A DNA stretch of 64,000 bases from Squalus acanthias (lineage: Eukaryota): contig CM059431.1 in assembly GCA_030390025.1 (NCBI GenBank), positions 125,862,001-125,926,000 of the forward strand, in the 5' to 3' direction. The notes under the pieces are model-generated. The model searched no databases. It had not been told where the DNA came from and worked only from the letters and a program-made list of their open reading frames with translations. The position numbers and the translations under genes were made by a program. This document shows, piece by piece, positions 58,605 to 64,000 of this stretch (position 1 is the first letter of the stretch; the number at the start of each line of letters is the position of its first letter).

Positions 58605-61237
58605 TCATAGAGGCCATTCGGCCCATTGAGTCCGTGCTGGCTCTCTGTAGAGCGATCAAGTCAGTCCCATTCCCCCGCTCTATCCCCGTAGCCCTGCAAG
58701 TTTATTTCCCTCAAGTGCCTTTCCAGTCTCCCCTTGAAAACATTAAATGTCTCTGCTTCCACCACTTCCATCGGCAGCGAATTCCAGGTCATCACCACTC
58801 GCTGTGTAAAAATGTTTTTCCTCACATTCCCCCTGTATCTCTTGCCCAAAACCTTAAATCTGTGTCCCCTAATCCTTGTACCATCAACTAGTGAGAACAG
58901 CCTTTCCCCAGCTAGCCTATCCAAATCCCTCATAATCTTGTACACCTCTATCAAATCACCCCTCAACCTCCTTTGCTCTAATGAAAACAAATCATGCTTT
59001 TCCAACCTGTCCTTGTAGCTAAGATCCCCCAGCCCCGGAACCATTCTGTTAAATCTCCTCTGCACCCTCTCAAGGGCCTTCACATCCTTCCTAAAGTGTG
59101 GTGACCAGAACTGGATGCAATATTCCAGTTGTGGCCTAACCTGCGCTTTATAAAGGTTCAGCATAACTTCTCTACTTTTGGACTCAATACCTCTATTTAT
59201 GAAGCCCAAGATCCCATATGCTTTGTTAACCACTCTCTCAATATGTCCTGCCACTTCAGGGACCTATGCACATTAACTCCCAGGTCCCTCTGTCCCTGCA
59301 CACTCTTTAAAACTGTGTCATTAAGTGTATATTGCCGCTGTCTACCATCCTCCAGTCTGAAAAACAGCCATTTACCACAACTCGCTGTTTTCTGTCTTTA
59401 AGCCAATACCTTATCCAAGCTGCCACTGACCCACCTATTCCATGAGCCTCAATTTTGTTAACCAGCCTTCTATGTGGTACTTTGTCAAACGCCTTCCGAA
59501 AATTCATGTAGACAACACGTATTGCATTCCCTTCATCAATCCTCTCTGTTACTTCATCAAAAAATTCAATTAGATTAGTCAAACACGATCTTCCTTTTAC
59601 AAACCCATGTTGACTCTCCTTAATTGGCTTAAACCTTTCCAAATGCCCGTTAATTTTTTCCTTGATTATTGTTTCTAAAACTTTACCCACCACTGATGTT
59701 AAACTGTAGTTACTAGGATTGTCCTTACACCCTTTCTTGAACAATGGTGTCACATTTGCCACTTTGAATCCTCAGGCACCTCCCCCGCATCTAGAGAAGA
59801 TTGGAAAATTATGGCAAGCCCTTCCGCTATCTCCTTCCCAATTCCCTTAGCAACCTGGGATGCAAGCCATCTGGACCAGGCAACTTATCCACTCTAAGCA
59901 TTCCCAGCCTTTCTAGTACATCCTGTCTATCAATTTTCACCCCTTCCATTGCTTCTATCTTTTCCACTTCTACCGATATTTTGTCAGCTTCCACCTCCTC
60001 AGTAAACACCAATACAAAGTACTCAGTGAGCATTCTAGCCTTGCCCTGCGCCTCTAAGCATATATCACCTTCTGTGAGGGTGATTTTGCCAATGGGGAGC
60101 TTTTGGAGGCGGGACTCCCATTTGTTTCAGTCCCGCCTCCATCAACTTCTGGCCAACCCACGCTATTTTCCTTTGACTGTCCTTGTTGAGCCCGCCCAGT
60201 GGGCTTAGCAGGCCAATTAAGGGAAAGCCGGTTGCAGAGAACATCAAAGTATGACGTTTGACAGATGAATTGTCATCGTTTGACAGCTCTGTGAAGCTGT
60301 CAAACAGTGGCATTCTCTGTAGTTTGATGAGGTCTTGAATTCAAGACCTCATCAAACCTCTTTCTTTTACAGAAATGAGATGGTTGTTGCATTGGAGAAT
60401 GCAACGGCCATCTGTCATCTCTATCGCGGAGGTGCGAGACTCTCCGCATACCCACCGACTGAAGCCGGCAGGAAGAAACAAAGGTAAGTACACTTTTTCT
60501 AACACTTTGCACGTATCAGTTACTCACCTCTCCACACTTGCACCCATCACTTACCTACTCAGAGCACTTTTGCACCCCTCCGACCCCCGCAGACCCACTA
60601 CTCGCCTCGGTGATCCTGGCGGGGTTCGGAGCCTTCGGGAAGCCCGCACTTGTGTGGGCAAAATGGTGATAAGCCTATTTTCTGCCTGTTAACTACAGTT
60701 AATTGGCTTTAATCCCTTCCCGTTTCCACCGTTTTTAAGCCACGTTTCCGTTATTGCCACAACATCATATTGCCACACGACTAATTGTGCTTGTAGCTCA
60801 CCAATCTTATTCACCACAGTTTGTGTTTACGTACATACATTCTAAATCCATTTTTGAATTTTCGTAGTCTTTCTTAGTCTGCTCCTATCTAATATGGTAC
60901 TACTACCGCCTCTAGTATTATCTTCTCTAGTAATATCCAACACACACACTCTTTTATGCACCTTATTCCTCTTTTCTACTCCTATATGCTGCTGCCCATT
61001 CCCCTGCCAAGCTAGTTTAAACCCTCCCCAACAGCACTAACAAACCTCCCCGCGAAAATATTGGTCCCAGCTCTGTTGAGGTGTAACCCGTCCGGCTTGT
61101 ACAGGTCCCACCTTCCCCAGAAACTGTCCCAATGCTTCAGGAATCTAAAACCCTCCCTCCTGCACCATCTCTCCAGCCACGCATTCATTTGTTCTATCCT
61201 CCTATTCCTATACTCACTGGCACATGGCACCGGGAGT
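58605..61237 (-). mobile_element. CR1 LINE with ORF2 RT pieces and an ORF1 esterase fragment; unrelated insert at ~60076-60686
   Basis: RT pieces 58661-60033; WCRREGFRFLKHW...DGLHLN (61012-61230) is the CR1 ORF1 SGNH-esterase C-terminus. Confidence 0.85.
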
Positions 61238-63402
61238 ATAGAAGCATAGAAGATAGGAGCAGGTGTAAGGGGTTCGGGTGGCTCTGTGCTTAGCCTGGGT
61301 GCTAGTGCGGGGTTAGGCCTTGTTGCCTGTTCTGGTCTCCAGCCAGCCTGGTAGCACTAGACACCTGTGAGTGGTTCGACCCACTCGCCCTTACGGTTCT
61401 GACACTGGACTTAGGTGCAAGAGCAGCAATGCAGAGAAAACTCAGGTAGACCCGGTTGAATAGTACGAAATGGAAAATCTTTATTGCATATTGTTCAAGA
61501 TTACGAAATACATGTCATAAGCACAGATTAATGACAGTACAAGCTTACATACATTTATGCAACTAGGTTTAGGGAAACGAGGAGCGCACGACACATCGTA
61601 AAAGGGGACACACATTATAATTATCCTTAAAACAAAACCCTCCCCTATTAATACCTGTCCTAATCTAGATCTGTAGGATCGAGAAACATGCTCACCACTC
61701 GTGATAACTCGGAGAATTCTAAAACGATGCTCGGATGTTTTCGCCACAGCACCTGACTATTCACGTGTTGATCAGGGGTCTCTGTACCCCACTTGTTTAC
61801 TCGCTCTGCTCCGGCTAGCAGGCTGGACCGTCTGCTGTCATGAAGAACTCGACAGTGCTCGGGCCCGGCTGTAGAACTCAAAGAAAAGTCTTTCTGGACC
61901 GACACCAGTTAGCCGGTAGAATTCAAAGAAGAGTCTTTGACCAGTTCATGCAGTAACCTGTAGAGTTCAAAAATGGTCTTTATATTTACGGGCGCGGTCG
62001 GGGTTTACTGACCGCGGCGGCACGTGGATCCTTCTTCTTTTCTCATCTCATCTCATCTCTTCGGGCCTTCGGTCCAGACACCGTTTACCGACCTTCGGGA
62101 CGGTGCACCCGATTTCGCAGCGCGCCACGAGGTCGACCCCAAAAGGGATCAGTGGAACAAGAGAGAATAACGGTCATCTGGGATAAGAGCCAAAAGACGA
62201 TTCCAAGCGAATGAAAAGGATAAGAGAGCGATGGACGTTTGGACACTACAGTTATAGTACTGTAATTCCTTATCTCCCGCCCAAACTTAATGTTCATCTT
62301 TTGTCATGTTTTGGCGCTCAAACTTCTTGTATGGGGTGGTTCTTGTCGTTAATGGGTTTCGGTGATACTTGTAGCTGTCTAAGTACCCGTTAATATTTCT
62401 CCCATTGTGGAACCAGCTAGGAGTCTCCCTGGAGGGGTTTTTGGGGGCCTCCGAATTCTTGCTGTGAGTACCTGCGAACGGCTCTCTCATCGTAGAGCCG
62501 TGGGGAATTTGCGTATCAATGTCTTTGGATGGGCCCTTGATTGCTCAGTACAATAGCCCTCGTTTGTGTATGGAAAACCGATTCCAGCACTTATATTTCT
62601 TGCTTAGGTGTCAAAAATGCAAAACGATCGCGTTTTGTCTTATATCAATGTATGCTGAGCATTGTCCGATCTTGCTGAAATGTTTATTTGAACGCCATCT
62701 TGTCTGCCTACTGAAAGTCTAGAAACTTCTGCCATGAGGCGCGGCGGCCATTTTACAGGCTTCTTGTGTCCGTTTTGAAACCTGACAGCATTTTGCTGAA
62801 ATAAAACTGTTTTAACGAATCTGTGTCTCTTTTTCTCGTTATTTCGAAATCGCGATAATTTGCGAATTCTACACAGGAGTAGGCCATTCGGCCCCTCGAG
62901 CCTTCTCCGCCATTTAATGAGATCATGGCTGATCATCCAAATTCAGTACCCCGTCCCTGCTTTCTCCCCATATCCCTTGATCCCTTTAGCCTTAAGAAAT
63001 ATATCTATCTCCTTCTTGAATATATTTAATGAATTGGCCTCAACTGCCTTCTGTGGTAGAGAATTCCACAGGTTCACCACTCTCTGGGTGAAAAAATTCC
63101 TCCTCATCTCAGTGCTAAATGACTTACCCCTTATCCTTAGACTGTGACCTCTGGTTCTGGACTCCCCCGCCATCGGGAACATCCTTCCTGCATCTAGTCT
63201 GTCTAGTCCTGTTAGAATTTTATAAGTTTCAATGAGATCCCCTCTCATTCTTCTAAACTCTAGCGAATATAAGCCTAATCGACCCAATCTCTCCTCATAC
63301 GTCATTCCTGCCATCCCAGGTATCAGTCTGGTAAATCTTCGCTGCACCCTCTCCATGGCAAGAACATCCTTCCTCATATAAGGCAACCAAAAGTGCACAC
63401 AA
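61238..63402 (-). mobile_element. CR1 3' fragment split by a solo LTR
   Basis: ORF2 C-terminus 62943-63398; 3' UTR continuous across the LTR (GGAGCAGG|AGTAGGCC). Confidence 0.88.
61264..62873 (-). mobile_element. Solo LTR of the same ERV family (1610 bp)
   Basis: TGTA...TACA termini, TSD CAGG (61260-61263 and 62874-62877); its U3 end (TGTAGAATTCGCAAATTATCGCG) is closest to the provirus 1 LTR. Confidence 0.95.
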
Positions 63403-64000
63403 TGGGCTATTAACTAACTTAGCAGAAATAAACTAATAAACTTAAAAAAAATACACTCACCAGCTACTCACCAATCAGCTCCTTCCCTTGTGCCGATGTC
63501 ACATTTTTACTCTGATGTCACTTTTTCAAAAACTGCCTCTGTTGAGTTGCTGCTGCTCCTTTTAACTGCTCCGCTCTCGCTGTGCTCCCTCCAGGTCTGT
63601 TCCTTCCGGTCTCATTCTACAGGTAAATGGGAAAATGTGTCCACATTCTGCTTCCTTAATATTTTCAAAATAATGGCTGAAGCAGCAAAGCAGAAATTTC
63701 ACATATATTTATTAATCATAAAATCATAGAATAGTACAGCACAGAAGGAGGCCATTCAGCCCATTGAGTCTGCGCCAGAATTAATATTCTTAATTTCAGT
63801 GTTGGTGTTAGAATTACTCTATCTGTCTGTGTGTCTCTGTCTTTATAAGCCTTTTCTGCTTTGGAGATCTGTGACCTGTACACTCCATCGGGTCAATATT
63901 CATCCCCTCCGCAAGGCAGGAATGAAGCAGTAGCACATGAAACTATAGCACTTCATTGACTGGCTCTTCCCCGCCAACATCCAGGACTTTACCATTTTGT

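Noticed and set aside
60076..60686. Harbinger MITE with TGT TSD
   Set aside because: Terminal repeats match poorly and the CR1 flanks are not contiguous, so boundaries and TSD cannot be supported.

Overview
Vertebrate genomic DNA made almost entirely of nested transposable elements; I could support no host gene. The CR1, Penelope and Harbinger repertoire looks like a cartilaginous fish, but that is inference. The dominant feature is one endogenous retrovirus-like family present four times. (1) A young 12.8-kb provirus at 4668-17510 (+) with apparently identical 1720-bp LTRs, a GGTC TSD, a tRNA-Arg-type PBS, gag-UGA-readthrough-pol with tether plus a second RNase H, and env. (2) A pol-less 9.4-kb provirus at 39106-48497 (-). 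(3, 4) Two solo LTRs. The Pol layout and paramyxovirus-F-like Env point to lokiretroviruses. The Env also carries an N-terminal immunoglobulin-like domain ahead of the fusion core, the most unusual signal in the window. In the second provirus, pol is replaced by a divergent gag-like coiled-coil cassette behind the retained readthrough stop. The rest is PIF/Harbinger DNA transposons (one near-intact copy at 51650-55830 with transposase and 3-exon MYB/SANT gene, plus decayed copies and MITEs), CR1/L2 LINE fragments, Penelope-like elements (one with a hammerhead motif) and a (GT)n tract. All family assignments come from motif reading by eye, with no database search.
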